From contig JASTWF010000035.1 in NCBI GenBank assembly GCA_030390025.1, positions 1,302,001 through 1,366,000 on the forward strand: a stretch of DNA of 64,000 nt. The letters are read 5' to 3'. The DNA comes from Squalus acanthias. Taxonomy: Eukaryota. A program made the translations under genes and the position numbers. Below are positions 1 through 11,179 of this stretch, piece after piece. Under the pieces are notes generated by a model. The model did not search any database and was not told where the DNA came from. It saw only the letters and a list, made by a program, of their open reading frames with translations. Every line of letters begins with the position of its first letter. The first letter of the stretch is position 1.

Positions 1-209
1 GGGGAGTGAGACTGTCCAGTGTGTAATCCATTGACTCAGGGGGAGTGGGACTGTCCAGTGTGTAATCCATTGACTCAGGGGGAGTGAGACTGTCCAGTGT
101 GTAATCCATTGACTCAGGGGGACTGAGACTGTCCAGTGTGTATTCCATTGACTCAGGGACTGAGACTGTCCAGTGTGTAATCCATTGACTCAGAGAGTGA
201 GACTGTCCA
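1..209. repeat. Minisatellite, 39-bp unit (GGGGAGTGAGACTGTCCAGTGTGTAATCCATTGACTCAG), about 5 copies, truncated by the window start
   Basis: Direct tandem repeats visible; the last copies are slightly shortened. Confidence 0.9.
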
Positions 210-212
210 TCG

Positions 213-3200
213 AAACATAGAAACATAGAAAATAGGTACAGGAGTAGACCATTCGGTCCTTCGAGCCTGCACCGCCATTCAATGCGTTCATGGCTGAACA
301 TGCTACCTCAGTACCCCATTCCTGCTTTCTCGCCATACCCCTTGATCCCCCTAGTTGTGAGTGTTATATCTAACTCCCTTTTGAATATATTTAGCGAACT
401 GGCCTCAACAACCTTCTGTGGAAGAGAATTCCATAGATTCACCACTCTCTGGGTGAAGAAGTTCCTCCTCAGCTCAGTCCTAAATGGCTTCCCCTTAATC
501 CTTAGACTGTGACCCCTGGTTCTAGTTTTCCCTACCATTGGGAACATTCTGCCCGCATCTAATTTGTCTAAACCAGTCAGGATTTTAAATGTCTCTATAA
601 GATCCCCCCTCATTCTTCTGAACTCCAGAGGATACAAGTTCAGTTGACCCAATCTTTCTTGATATGTCAGTCCGGCCATCCCAGGAATCAATCTAGTGAA
701 CCTTCGCTGCACTCCCTCAATAGCAAGAATGTCCTTCCTTAAGTTAGGAGACCAAAACTGCGCACAATACTCCAGGTGTGGCCTCACCAAGGCCCTGTAC
801 AACTGCAGCATCACCTCCCTACTCCTGTACTCAAATCCCCTTACTATGAAGGCCATCATTCCGTTTGCTTTCTTGACTGCCTGCTGCACTTGCATTCCCA
901 CCTTCAATGACTGATGTACCATGATGCCCAGGTCTCGTTGCACCTCCCCTTTCCCTAATCTGCCACCATTCAGGTAATAGTCCGCCTCTCTATTTTTACC
1001 ACCAAAGTGGATAACCTCACATTTATCCACATTGTACTTCATCTGCCATACATTTGCCCATTCACCCAACCTGTCCAAGTCACTCTGTAGCCTCCTAGCA
1101 TCCTCCTCATTGTTCACACTGCCTCCCAATTTAGTGTCATCCGCAAATTTGGAGATATTACATTTAATCCCTTCGTCCAAATCATTAATATATAATGTAA
1201 ACAGCTGTGGTCCCAGCACCGAACCCTGCGGTACCCCGCTGGTCACTGCCTGCCATTCTGAAAAGTACCCATTTACTCCTACTCTTTGTTTCCTGTGTGC
1301 CAACCAGTTCTCAATCCACGTCAACACATTACCCCCAATCCCATGTGCTTTAACTTTGCTAACCAATCTCTTGTGTGGAACCTTGTCGAAGGCCTTCTGA
1401 AAGTCCAAATACACCACATCTACTGGTTCACCCCTGTCCACCCTATTGGAAACATCCTCAAAAAATTCCAGAAGATTTGTCAAGCATGATTTCCCTTTCA
1501 CAAATCCATGCTGACTTGGACCTATCATGTCGCCACTTTCCAAATGGTCTGTTATGACATCTTTAATAATTGCTTCCATCATTTTACCCACGACCGATGT
1601 CAGGCTGACCGGTCTATAATTCCCTGCTTTCTCCCTCCCTCCTTTTTTAAAAAGAGGGGTTACATTGGCCACCCTCCACTCCATCGGAACTGTTCCAGAG
1701 TCTAAGGAATGTTGGAAAATGATCGTCAATGCATCCACTATTTCCAAGGCCACCTCCTTAAGTACTCTGGGATGCAGACCATCAGGCCCCGGGATTTTTC
1801 AGCCTTCAGTCCCATCAATTTCCCCAATACCTTTTCCCGACTAATAAGGATTTCCCTCAGCTCCTCCCTCTTACCAGATCCTCTGACCCCTTTTATTTCC
1901 GGCAGGTTGTGTGTGTCCTCCACAGTAAACACCGAACCAAAGTACTTGTTCAATTGATCTGCCATTTCCTTGTTCCCCATTACGACTTCCCCTGTTTCCG
2001 ACTGCAGGGGACCTACGTTTGTTTTTACTAACCTCTTTCTTTTTACATATTTATAGAAGCTTTTGCTGTCCATTTTAATGTTCTCTGCAAGCTTCCTTTC
2101 ATATTTTATTTTCCCTGCCCTAATCAAACCTTTCGTCCTCCTCTGCTGAGTTTTGAAGTTCTCCCAGTCCCCGGGTTTGCTGCGACTTCTGGCCAATTTG
2201 TATGCAACTTCCTTGGTTTTAATACTATCCCTGATTTCCCTTGTTAGCCACGGTTGAGCCACCTTCCCTTTTTTATTTTTACGCCAGACCGGGATGTACA
2301 ATTGTTGTAGTTCATCCATGCGATCTCTAAATGTCTGCCATTGCCCTTCCACTGATAGCCCCTTAAATACCGCTTGCCAATTTAACCTCGCCAATTCACG
2401 CCTCATACCCTCAAAGTTGCCCTTATTTAAGTTCTGGACCATGGTCTCTGAATTAACTGTTTCCTTCTCCATCCTAATGTAGAACTCCACCATACTATGG
2501 TCACTCTTCCCCAGGGGGCCTCGTACCACAAGATTGCTGATTAGTCCTTCCTCATTACACAACACCCAGTCCAGGATGGCCTCCCCTCGAGTTGGTTCCT
2601 CAACATATTGGTTTAGGAAACCATCCCTTAAACACTCCAGGAAATCCTCCTCCACCGTATTGCTTCCAGTTTGAGTAGCCCAATCTATATGCATATTAAA
2701 GTCACCCATGATAACTGCCGTGCCTTTTTTGCACGCACCTCTGATTTCCTGTTTCATACCCTCCCCCACCTCACTACTGCTGTTTGGAGGTCTGTACACA
2801 ACTCCCACTAACGTTTTCTGCCCTTTGGTGTTCTGCAGCTCAACCCATATTGATTCCACATCCTCCAAGCTAATGTCCTTCCTAGCTATTGCATTAATCT
2901 CCTCTTTAACCAGCAATGCTACCCCACCTCCTTTTCCTTTTATTCTATCCTTTCTGAATGTTGAATACCCCTGGATGTTCAGTTCCCAGCCTTGATTGTT
3001 CTGGAGCCACGTCTCTGTAATCCCAATCACATCGTATCCGTTAACATCTATTTGCACAGTCAATTCATCCACCTTATTACGGATACTCCTTGCATTAAGA
3101 CACAGAGCCTTTAGGCTTGTTTTATTAACATCCTTTGTCCTTTTAGACTTATGATTTAGTATGGCCCTTTGTGTTTCTTGCCTTTGTTTACTCGGCCTTC

Positions 3201-3592
3201 CCCTATTGTTTCTCACCCTTCTAACATTTGTTTCTGACTGCATATTACTTCCCCCTGTTTCGCTACATAGGTTCCCATTCCCCTGCCATATTAGTTTAAA
3301 TCCTCCCGAACTGCTTTAGCAAATATTACCCCGAGGACATCGGTTCCAGTCCTGCCCAAGTGCAGACCGTCCCTTTTGTACAGGTCCCACTTCCCCCAGA
3401 ACTGGTTCCAATGCCTCAGGAATTTGAATCCCTCCCTCCTGCACCACTGCTCAAGCCACGTATTCAATCTCACTATCCTGTTCTCTCTATTCTGATTAGC
3501 ACGTGGCCCTGGTAGCAATCCAGAGATTACTACCTTAGAGGTCCTACTTTTTAATTTAGCTCCTAGCTCCCTAAATTCTGCTTGTAGGACCT
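213..3592 (-). mobile_element. CR1 LINE, 5'-truncated: end of ORF1 (SGNH esterase-like) plus ORF2 (APE endonuclease + RT) with one frameshift near 1790
   Basis: ORF 1738-3243 has APE motifs (LNARSI, ITETW, GDFN, SDH). ORF 308-1753 has [10 protein letters not shown] and FADD. ORF 3291-3590 has DGLHL. 3' tail microsatellite reads AAACATAG on + at 213-230. Confidence 0.95.
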
Positions 3593-3808
3593 CTAAGGAT
3601 TTAGGAGTGCTGATTTGTGCCAGCAAACACTCACATACTGATCTAGTCCCCAAAAGTTGCCTCAGCGCAGAATGCTCATCGTTGGCATGTGTGTAAAACA
3701 TGGAATTAGTGCAAAGGAAAAATACTGCGGATGCTGGAAATACGAAATATAAACGAAAATACTGGAAATACTCAGCATGTCTGGCAGCATCTGTGAAGAG
3801 AGAAACAG

Positions 3809-3845
3809 AGTTAACGTTTCAGGTCGATGACCTTTCGTCAGAACT
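3809..3845 (-). ncRNA. Minimal type I hammerhead ribozyme (Penelope-associated)
   Basis: - strand AGUU-CUGACGA-A-AGGUC-AUC-GACCU-GAAA-CGUU-AACU: core boxes, 5-bp stem II, stem I AGUU/AACU, palindromic stem III. Confidence 0.75.
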
Positions 3846-4174
3846 GGAAAATGTTAGAGATGTAACAGGTTTTAAGCAAGTGCAGAGGCAGGGAAAGTGG
3901 TAGGGGAAGGTCAGAACAAAAGGGAAGGTCTGTGATAGGGTGGAAGGCAGGAGAAATTAAATAAATAGCAGAATCATTACCAGCACCTGCTGTCTGAAAA
4001 AATGGGATCAGAGGTTATGATCTGAAATTGTTGAACTGAATGTTGAGTCCGGAAGGCTGTAAAGTGCCTAATCGAAAGACGAGGTGCTGTTCCTCAAGCT
4101 TCCGTTGAGCTTCATTGAAACAAAAATGAGAAGTCGCACAACACCAGGTTATAGTCCAACAGTTTTATTTGAAA

Positions 4175-4211
4175 TCACAAGCTTTCGGAGCGTTGCTCCT
4201 TCGTCAGGTGA
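4175..4211 (-). ncRNA. Second minimal type I hammerhead ribozyme (different Penelope terminal fragment)
   Basis: - strand UCAC-CUGACGA-A-GGAGC-AAC-GCUCC-GAAA-GCUU-GUGA: stem I UCAC/GUGA, stem II GGAGC/GCUCC. Confidence 0.75.
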
Positions 4212-5210
4212 AACAGTGAAGGAGGCCGTGGACAGAGAGGTCAGAGTGGGAGTGGAGCGGAGAATTAAAGTGACTGGCGACCGGAAGCTCAGGGTCACAC
4301 TTGCAGACTGAACAGAGGTGTTCAGCAAAGCGCTCACCCAATCTGTGTTTGATCTCCCCAATGTTGAAGAGACCACATCGTGAGCAGCGAATACAGTATC
4401 CTGAATTGAAAAAAGTACAAGTAAATTGCTGTTTCACGTGGCTGGAGAGTTTGGGGCTCTGAACGGTGGGAAGGGAGAAGGTGAAAGGGCAGCTATTGCA
4501 TCTCCTGTGCTTGCATGGGAAGGTGCTGTGGGAAGGGGACTGGGTGTTGGGGGTGATGCAAGATTGGACCAGGGTGTCACGGAGGGAACGGTCCCTTCAG
4601 AATGCTGAAAGCCAGGCAGAGAAGGGAGGTGGCTGAACTTGTTCTTTCATTGAACAACTTCTCCAAATAAAAGGTGTCACTATGGGAACCCGTATGAGTC
4701 CTGGCTATATCTGCCCTTTCGTGGGTTACGTGGAACATTCTTTGTTCCAGTCCTACTCAGGTCCCCTCCCTCACCTCTTTTTCCGGTACATTGATGACTG
4801 TATCAGTGCTGCTTCCTGCTCTTACCCCAAACTGGAAAATGTAATCAAGTTTGTTTCAAATTTCCATCCCTCCCTCGCCTTCACATGGTCCATCTCCAAC
4901 CCTTCCCTTCCCTTCCTCGACTCCATTTCTGGGGACAGGCTGTCAACCAATGTCTACTATAAGCCCACCATGGAATTAGATCCTCTGGCTCAGTCTGTTG
5001 TTTAGCCTGATGCACTGCACCCACTGAAGGTCATTTTATGCCCTCCAGCATCAACAGTTGATCCATAAAATGTTTGGAGTCAAATCGCCCCAAACCTAAC
5101 TGATTCCAAAAGAGTTTGGTGTCAAAGCTCTCTGATCCTGACTGGCTCATTTTTTAAACCTAATGACAGTGAGACCGTGATGACAGAAATCTTCTATTCT
5201 TATTCCACAG

Positions 5211-5288
5211 GCCTGTATTGAAGGGAAGTGTCAGGATGTGAAGCTGCTCAAAGCACAAAAATGTGACGAGACCTGCAATAACAATGGG
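5211..5288 (+). CDS. Internal exon of an ADAM metalloprotease-disintegrin gene (end of Cys-rich domain and start of EGF-like domain): ACIEGKCQDVKLLKAQKCDETCNNNG
   Basis: Pyrimidine tract + CCACAG acceptor, GTATGA donor, 78 nt, phase 0-0. Cys spacing matches the equivalent exon of ADAM9/12/15/19-type genes; it resembles ADAM15 by recall, but orthology is not established. Confidence 0.88.
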
Positions 5289-5753
5289 GTATGAAATTAA
5301 TCACTCTCCTTTCAGTTGGGCTGATATATTTATTGGGGTGGGGTGACGTCATTATATTATTATGCTAAACCTTTATAAAACACTAGTTAGGCCTCAGCCG
5401 GTGCATTATGTTCACTTCTGGACAACAACTCCTGCCACATCCAGTCGTGAATGGTGCTGGACAATTAAACAACTAACGGGAGGCGGAGGCTCCACGAACA
5501 TCCCCATCTTCAATGATGGTGGAGCCCAGCACGTGAGTGCAAAAGACAAGGTTGAAGCGTTCGTAATCATCTTCAGCCAGAAGTGCCGAGTGGATGATCC
5601 ATACCGGCCTCCTCCTGAGGACCCCACCGTCACAGAAGCCAATCTTCAGCCAATTCGATTCACTCGATGTGATAGCAAGGAACGGCTGAGTGCACTGGAT
5701 ACAGAAAAGGCTACGGGCTCTGATAACATCCCGACTGTCGTGCTGAAGACTTG

Positions 5754-8700
5754 TGTCGTAAGAATGAGCCTTACGCGTGGTGAACTTAAAGTAAGCTTTA
5801 ATCAACTAAAAAGGTGCTACATACAAAAGAGGTCTTACTCTATGCCTCTCCAGGATCCAACTGCTCAGTCCAGTATTTATCCTGGACTAATCACAGGAAG
5901 TGATGCAATAAAGTTCGAGTCACAGGAAGCTGTATTGTGTTACCACATTCTCCCCCCCCAAAAGATTAGGAGGCCGGGATGCTCCCTCCATTTCGTAGCC
6001 GCCGGACGAGGGAGAGCCGCACCCGTTTGGGTTCTCGTAGCGGTAGAGGGCCCCTAGCCCGTTTACCCGCCACGGGCCGTGGACCAGAGTCCGAGTGATC
6101 CAGCCCGCTCTGTGAGGGGTCAGGTCGATCCTGACTGTGTACTGGTGCCCGAACGGGTGTCGGGCAGGGCTGTGGCAGATCCGTTTCCGAGCGTATGGTA
6201 CGGGGTGGATCGTGGCTGCGCGTGCGAGCCCCGACGGGCTCATAGTCAGTCTGCCCCAGGTCGGCACGCTGGAGTGAGGTACCAGCCGGCGTCAGATCCA
6301 GATCGTGATGAGAGGCACCTGGCGAGCCCAGAGATGTGCCTGGTACAATATCATCCCCTGATGTCCCTCTATGTTTCGGCGGGCAGGGAGCCAGATCCCG
6401 CAATGACACGGTAGATTCCCGACCGTCAGGATACCGAATATAGGCGTAGGTAGGGTTGACGTCAGTGAGCTCAACCTCATCTACCAGGGGGTCATTCTTA
6501 GACGCCCGGACATATCTTCGGAGTAGCACTGGTCCCGGTGCAGTCAGCCACGACGGGAGAGATATCCCATAGGATGAGCGACGCTGAAATCGGAAGAACC
6601 GTTCATGAGGCGTCGTATTTGTGGCGGTCGAAAGGAGGGACCGTGTGGAGTGTAATGCGTCTGGAAGTACTGCTTCCCATTGCTGGTTGGGTAGGCCCCG
6701 AGATCTCAAAGCCAGACGTACCGCATTCCAGATGATAGCGTTAAAACGCTCGACTTGCCCATTCCCGACCGGATGATAAGGCGTCGTTCTGCTGGCAGCA
6801 ATACCCCGTTCCGAGAGATAGGCCTTGAGTTCTCCTGACATAAAAGAAGGGCCCCGATCCGAATGAACATAGGATGCCATGCCACAGAAAGCAAATACCT
6901 GCTCAAGGCAGCTGATAACCGTGGTCGTCAGCATATTGGGGCAGGGAAAGGCAAACGGAAAACGGGAATACTCATCGACCATGGTCAATAGATAAGTGTT
7001 GCGAGTTGAAGAGGGCAACGGCCCCTTAAAATCGATGCTAAGCCGTTGCATTGGCTGGGTCGCATGTATGAGTATACCACCCGAGGGGCGGAAAAACTGA
7101 GGTTTCAATTCCGCACAGACTCTGCAGTCCGAGCACATCTTCTTTACATCCCCGGTAGAGAATGGGAGATTTCGGGACCGCACGAAGTGTAGCATGCGAG
7201 TAACGCCCGGATGACACAACCCATCATGGATGTCTACGAGCGTAGAGGGTGCCATGGCGGAGCAGAATGCTCGTGTGAGGGTATCCGGAGCCACATTCTC
7301 CTTGCCAGGTCGATAGTGGATGGTGTAACCAAAAGAGGCCAATTCCAGCCGCCAAAGCTGGATTTTATTATTTTTAATTTTGGTCCGTTTTCGATTATCG
7401 AGCATGAAGGCGACCGATCGCTGGTCCGTGATTAAGGTAAAGTGCTGGCGAGCTAGGAGATGAGTCCACTTCCGTACTGCCTCTATGATGGCTGTAGCTT
7501 CTTTCTCGACTGGAGGATAATGTAGCTCAGCCCCTTGAAAAGTCCTGGACAAAAATGCCACCGGACGACCTTCCTGATTCAGAGTGGCCGAGATCGCCAC
7601 CTCCGAGGCATCACACTCAACAACAAAAGGAAGACTCTCATCGATGGAGTGAAGAGCCGCTTTCTCCAACTGTTTTTTCAGGAGGTTAAAGGCTGCAACA
7701 GCCGCTGTGTCTAGTGGGAATGTGCTGGCCTTCAGTAGAGGTTGGATTCGGTCCGAGAAGTTAGGAATCCATTTAGCATAGTATGCAAACAGGCCGAGGG
7801 CCCGGCGCAAGGAGGCCGGATTCTTAGGTGGCGGGAGCTCTTGGAGTGGGCGAAGCCTTTCAGGGTCAGGTTTAATGATGCCATTGCCCACACAATAGCC
7901 AAGGATGTTGATGGTTGGTTGTGACTCAATGGATTTAGCCGCATTTAATGTCAAATTACGGTGCTGGAGTGCATCCCAAAATCGTTGGAGATTGGCGTCA
8001 TGTTCCCGCTGATTGCGACCTGCGACAGTAATATTGTCCAGATAAGGAAACGTATCCTTCAAGTCTTCCTGTTTGACCAGGTCATCCATTGCTCGCTGGA
8101 AGACAGCCACTCCATTAGTGACCCCAAAGGGGAGGCGACGAAATTGATACAGCCGTCCATTGGCTTCAAAGGCCGTATACTGCTTGTCTGAGACCTTCAA
8201 GGGTACCTGATGATAGGCACTTTTCAGATCATATGTTGAGAACACCGTGTACTCAGCCAGTTTATTAACCATATCATCGATGCGCGGCAATGGGTATGCG
8301 TCCAAGTCCGTATATTGATTGATGGTCTGTGAATAGTCAATGCACAGCCGTTTCTTGTGAGGTTGTAGAGGGTTCTTAACAATAACGACCTGGGCGCGCC
8401 ATGGCGACGAACAAGGCTCGATGATATCCTCTGCTAAAAGCCGAGAAATCTCAGCCGCAATAAAAGACTGGTCTTCCTGACTGAAACGTCGTGACTTTGT
8501 TATAATCGGTTTGCATCGAGGAGGGATACTGGTAAACAGTGAGGGTTCATCCAGTGAAGCTGCTGACAATGCACAGAACGGTAATCGAGGTCGTATATTA
8601 GAAATAGTGAGTTCAGGTTTGGATCCGCCGAACTCAATGGTGAGCTTCTTATGCTGCTTTTGAAAATCCAGCCCTAAGATAAGATCACTACATAAGTCCT

Positions 8701-10194
8701 TGAGCACCGAAAGCCGGGTGGAGGGATACCTGTGACCATTAAGTGTTATTTCAACCATACAAAAGCCAGAAATTCTGGTATTAAGTGATGACTGAGCCAT
8801 CGCAATTGCCTGGTCCGATGGGAAAACATGTAGCTTTAACTCTGCAACAATCTGTTCCCTAATGAAACTATCAGTGCTACCTGAGTCAATTAAGGCATCT
8901 AAAGTATGTCCATTAATTGATGCTTTTGTAGCTGCATGGAATAGGTTCTGAGGACAAGCAGCTGTAATTGGTGTCGTTGCACAAAGAGTGGCTGAAACTC
9001 TAGGTGTGTTTCTTCGAGAGAAAACCCGAGAGGAAGCACGATAGATTTTAGCCGGAACATCTTGATAGGCCCTTACCGGGGCCGTTCGGTAGGACTTAGC
9101 TTGATAAGCCCTCGTAGAGGCTCTTGATAGGCAAACCTTTGCAAAATGACCCTTTTTGTTGCAATGACTGCAAAACGCATTGCGAGCAGGGCAGAATTTC
9201 CGAGGGTGAAACTCATCACCACAAAAGAAGCATTTCTTAGATTGCCAAGAGGCTGCCACAGTGGGGTCATCATCCTCTTCATCAGTGAAGTCATCAGATT
9301 GATCGTCAGGGATAAAGTCCTCCCTAATAGAGTTCACCTGTGGCCTCTTAAATTGCCTGACTGTAGTTAAGGCAGCAGACCGAGGTCTGGGCACTGTATA
9401 AAGGTCTGCATTTCTTTTTGCCAGATCTAGAGAGCAAGCCATGTCATAAGCTCTCTGAAGCTCAAGTGTCTTACTTTCCAGTAGACGCTGGCGTATAAAT
9501 GGGGAGGCAAGCCCGCAGATGAAAGCATCACGGATCATTTCTTCACGGTACAGCTCAGCTGAGGCCGCCTGAAAGTTACAGTCCATACTAAGTCTGCGAA
9601 GCTCTTGGAGGAATTTATCAATGGATTCCTCCGGCCCTTGTTGGGCTGTAGCTAGTAGATGTCTGGCATAGACCTCATTCGGTGTCTTAGTATATAGTCT
9701 TTTAAGCGTCCGAATTGCCTCCTCGTAACTGCCCCATTCCTCAACATACTGAAATACATTCGGAGTGACACAGTTGATGAGTATCCGCAACTTTGTGTCA
9801 TCATCAGCCTTGCAATATTCGAGAAAATTGTCAAACGTGCGATACCAGTGTTTCCACACCTTACCGGCTGCTGGGGTGTTTGGATCCAAGTCAAGACGCG
9901 ATGGTTTAAGGATGTTTTCCATGATGGGTGATTCCCTGGATCCTTAGTTCCGAGTTCGTCCAAAAAGTTTGAGTGCGAAGTTTTTCAAAGTTGATTAAAT
10001 TGTCGTAAGAATGAGCCTTACGCGTGGTGAACTTAAAGTAAGCTTTAATCAACTAAAAAGGTGCTACATACAAAAGAGGTCTTACTCTATGCCTCTCCAG
10101 GATCCAACTGCTCAGTCCAGTATTTATCCTGGACTAATCACAGGAAGTGATGCAATAAAGTTCGAGTCACAGGAAGCTGTATTGTGTTACCACA
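5754..10194 (-). mobile_element. Full-length Ty3/Gypsy LTR retrotransposon (Mag-like architecture)
   Basis: 194-bp LTRs at 5754-5947 and 10001-10194, identical by eye, with TG..CA ends. 5-bp TSD ACTTG (5749-5753, 10195-10199). Polypurine tract at 5948-5959. Confidence 0.97.
5966..9922 (-). CDS. Single Gag-Pol polyprotein, 1318 aa (Gag with two Cys/His knuckles, protease, RT, RNase H, integrase)
   Basis: CFFCGDEFHPRKFC / CSHCNKKGHFAKVC; LIDSGS; LPFG..YLDN; CDAS..EKEA..TDQ; HHCC plus IDF..SDRG..VERFN; PR-RT-RH-IN order. Confidence 0.95.
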   Translation of the reverse strand: MENILKPSRLDLDPNTPAAGKVWKHWYRTFDNFLEYCKADDDTKLRILINCVTPNVFQYVEEWGSYEEAIRTLKRLYTKTPNEVYARHLLATAQQGPEESIDKFLQELRRLSMDCNFQAASAELYREEMIRDAFICGLASPFIRQRLLESKTLELQRAYDMACSLDLAKRNADLYTVPRPRSAALTTVRQFKRPQVNSIREDFIPDDQSDDFTDEEDDDPTVAASWQSKKCFFCGDEFHPRKFCPARNAFCSHCNKKGHFAKVCLSRASTRAYQAKSYRTAPVRAYQDVPAKIYRASSRVFSRRNTPRVSATLCATTPITAACPQNLFHAATKASINGHTLDALIDSGSTDSFIREQIVAELKLHVFPSDQAIAMAQSSLNTRISGFCMVEITLNGHRYPSTRLSVLKDLCSDLILGLDFQKQHKKLTIEFGGSKPELTISNIRPRLPFCALSAASLDEPSLFTSIPPRCKPIITKSRRFSQEDQSFIAAEISRLLAEDIIEPCSSPWRAQVVIVKNPLQPHKKRLCIDYSQTINQYTDLDAYPLPRIDDMVNKLAEYTVFSTYDLKSAYHQVPLKVSDKQYTAFEANGRLYQFRRLPFGVTNGVAVFQRAMDDLVKQEDLKDTFPYLDNITVAGRNQREHDANLQRFWDALQHRNLTLNAAKSIESQPTINILGYCVGNGIIKPDPERLRPLQELPPPKNPASLRRALGLFAYYAKWIPNFSDRIQPLLKASTFPLDTAAVAAFNLLKKQLEKAALHSIDESLPFVVECDASEVAISATLNQEGRPVAFLSRTFQGAELHYPPVEKEATAIIEAVRKWTHLLARQHFTLITDQRSVAFMLDNRKRTKIKNNKIQLWRLELASFGYTIHYRPGKENVAPDTLTRAFCSAMAPSTLVDIHDGLCHPGVTRMLHFVRSRNLPFSTGDVKKMCSDCRVCAELKPQFFRPSGGILIHATQPMQRLSIDFKGPLPSSTRNTYLLTMVDEYSRFPFAFPCPNMLTTTVISCLEQVFAFCGMASYVHSDRGPSFMSGELKAYLSERGIAASRTTPYHPVGNGQVERFNAIIWNAVRLALRSRGLPNQQWEAVLPDALHSTRSLLSTATNTTPHERFFRFQRRSSYGISLPSWLTAPGPVLLRRYVRASKNDPLVDEVELTDVNPTYAYIRYPDGRESTVSLRDLAPCPPKHRGTSGDDIVPGTSLGSPGASHHDLDLTPAGTSLQRADLGQTDYEPVGARTRSHDPPRTIRSETDLPQPCPTPVRAPVHSQDRPDPSQSGLDHSDSGPRPVAGKRARGPLPLREPKRVRLSLVRRLRNGGSIPAS

Positions 10195-11179
10195 ACTTGT
10201 GCTCCAGAACTAGACGCGCCTCTAGCCAAGCTGTTCCAGTACAGCTACAACACTGGCATCTACCCGTCAAAATGGAAAATTGTCCAGGTATGTCCTGTCC
10301 ATAAAAATCAGGACAAATCCAATCTGGCCAACCACTGCCCGATCAGTCTACTCTCAATCATCAGCAAGGTGATGCAAGGTGTCCTCGACAGTGTCATCAA
10401 GCTGCACTTACTCACCAATAACCTGCTCACTGATGCTCAGTTTAGGTACTGCCAGGACCACTCGGTTCCAGACCTCATTACAGTCTTGGTTCAAACATGG
10501 ACAAAAGAGCTGAATTCCAGAGGTGAGGTGAGAGTGACTGCCCTTGACATCAAGGCAGCATTTGACCGAGTGTGGCATCAAAGAGCTCTAGTAAAATTGA
10601 AGTCAATGGAAATCAAAGGCGAAAGTTCTCCACTAGCTGGAGTCATACCTAGCACACAGGAAGATAGTTGTGGTTGTTGGAGGCCAATCATCACAGCCCC
10701 AGGACATCGCTGCAGGAGTTCCTCAGGGCAGTGTCCTAAGCCCAACCATCTTCAGCTGCTTCATCAATGACCTTCCCTTCATCATAAGGTTAGAAGTGGG
10801 GATGTTCGCTGATGATTGCAGTGTTCAATTCCAATTGCAACTCCTCAGATAATGAAGCAGTCCATGCCCACATGCAGCAAGACCTGGCCGACATTCAGGC
10901 TTGGGTTGATACGTGGCCACACAAGTGCCAGGCAATGACCATCTCCAACAAGAGAGAGTCTAACCACCGCCCCTCGGCATTCAACGGCATTACCATCGCC
11001 AAATCCCTCATCATCACCATTGACCAGAAACTTAACTGGACCAGCCACATAAATGCTGTGGCTACAAGGGCAGGTCAGAGGCTGGTATTCTTCGGTGAGT
11101 GACTCACCTCCTGACTCCCCAAAGCCTTTCCACCATCTACATGTCAGGCGTGTGATGGAATGCTCTCCACTTGCCTGGA

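Larger units (their letters stand above)
3715..4970. mobile_element. Penelope-like element fragments: GIY-YIG endonuclease and terminal region on -, RT fragment on +
   Basis: - strand YCIRCSRCGLFNIGEIKHRLGERFAEH (degenerate GIY-YIG); + strand MGTRMSP..FRYIDDC (PLE RT); hammerhead motifs. Confidence 0.85.

Noticed and set aside
1..209. 39-bp repeats (and the 32-bp repeats at 60045-60370) as a CRISPR-like array
   Set aside because: Head-to-tail units without unique spacers, no cas genes, eukaryotic context
5362..6057. 231-aa + strand ORF
   Set aside because: Chimeric read-through of a CR1 piece, a LINE piece and the Gypsy LTR
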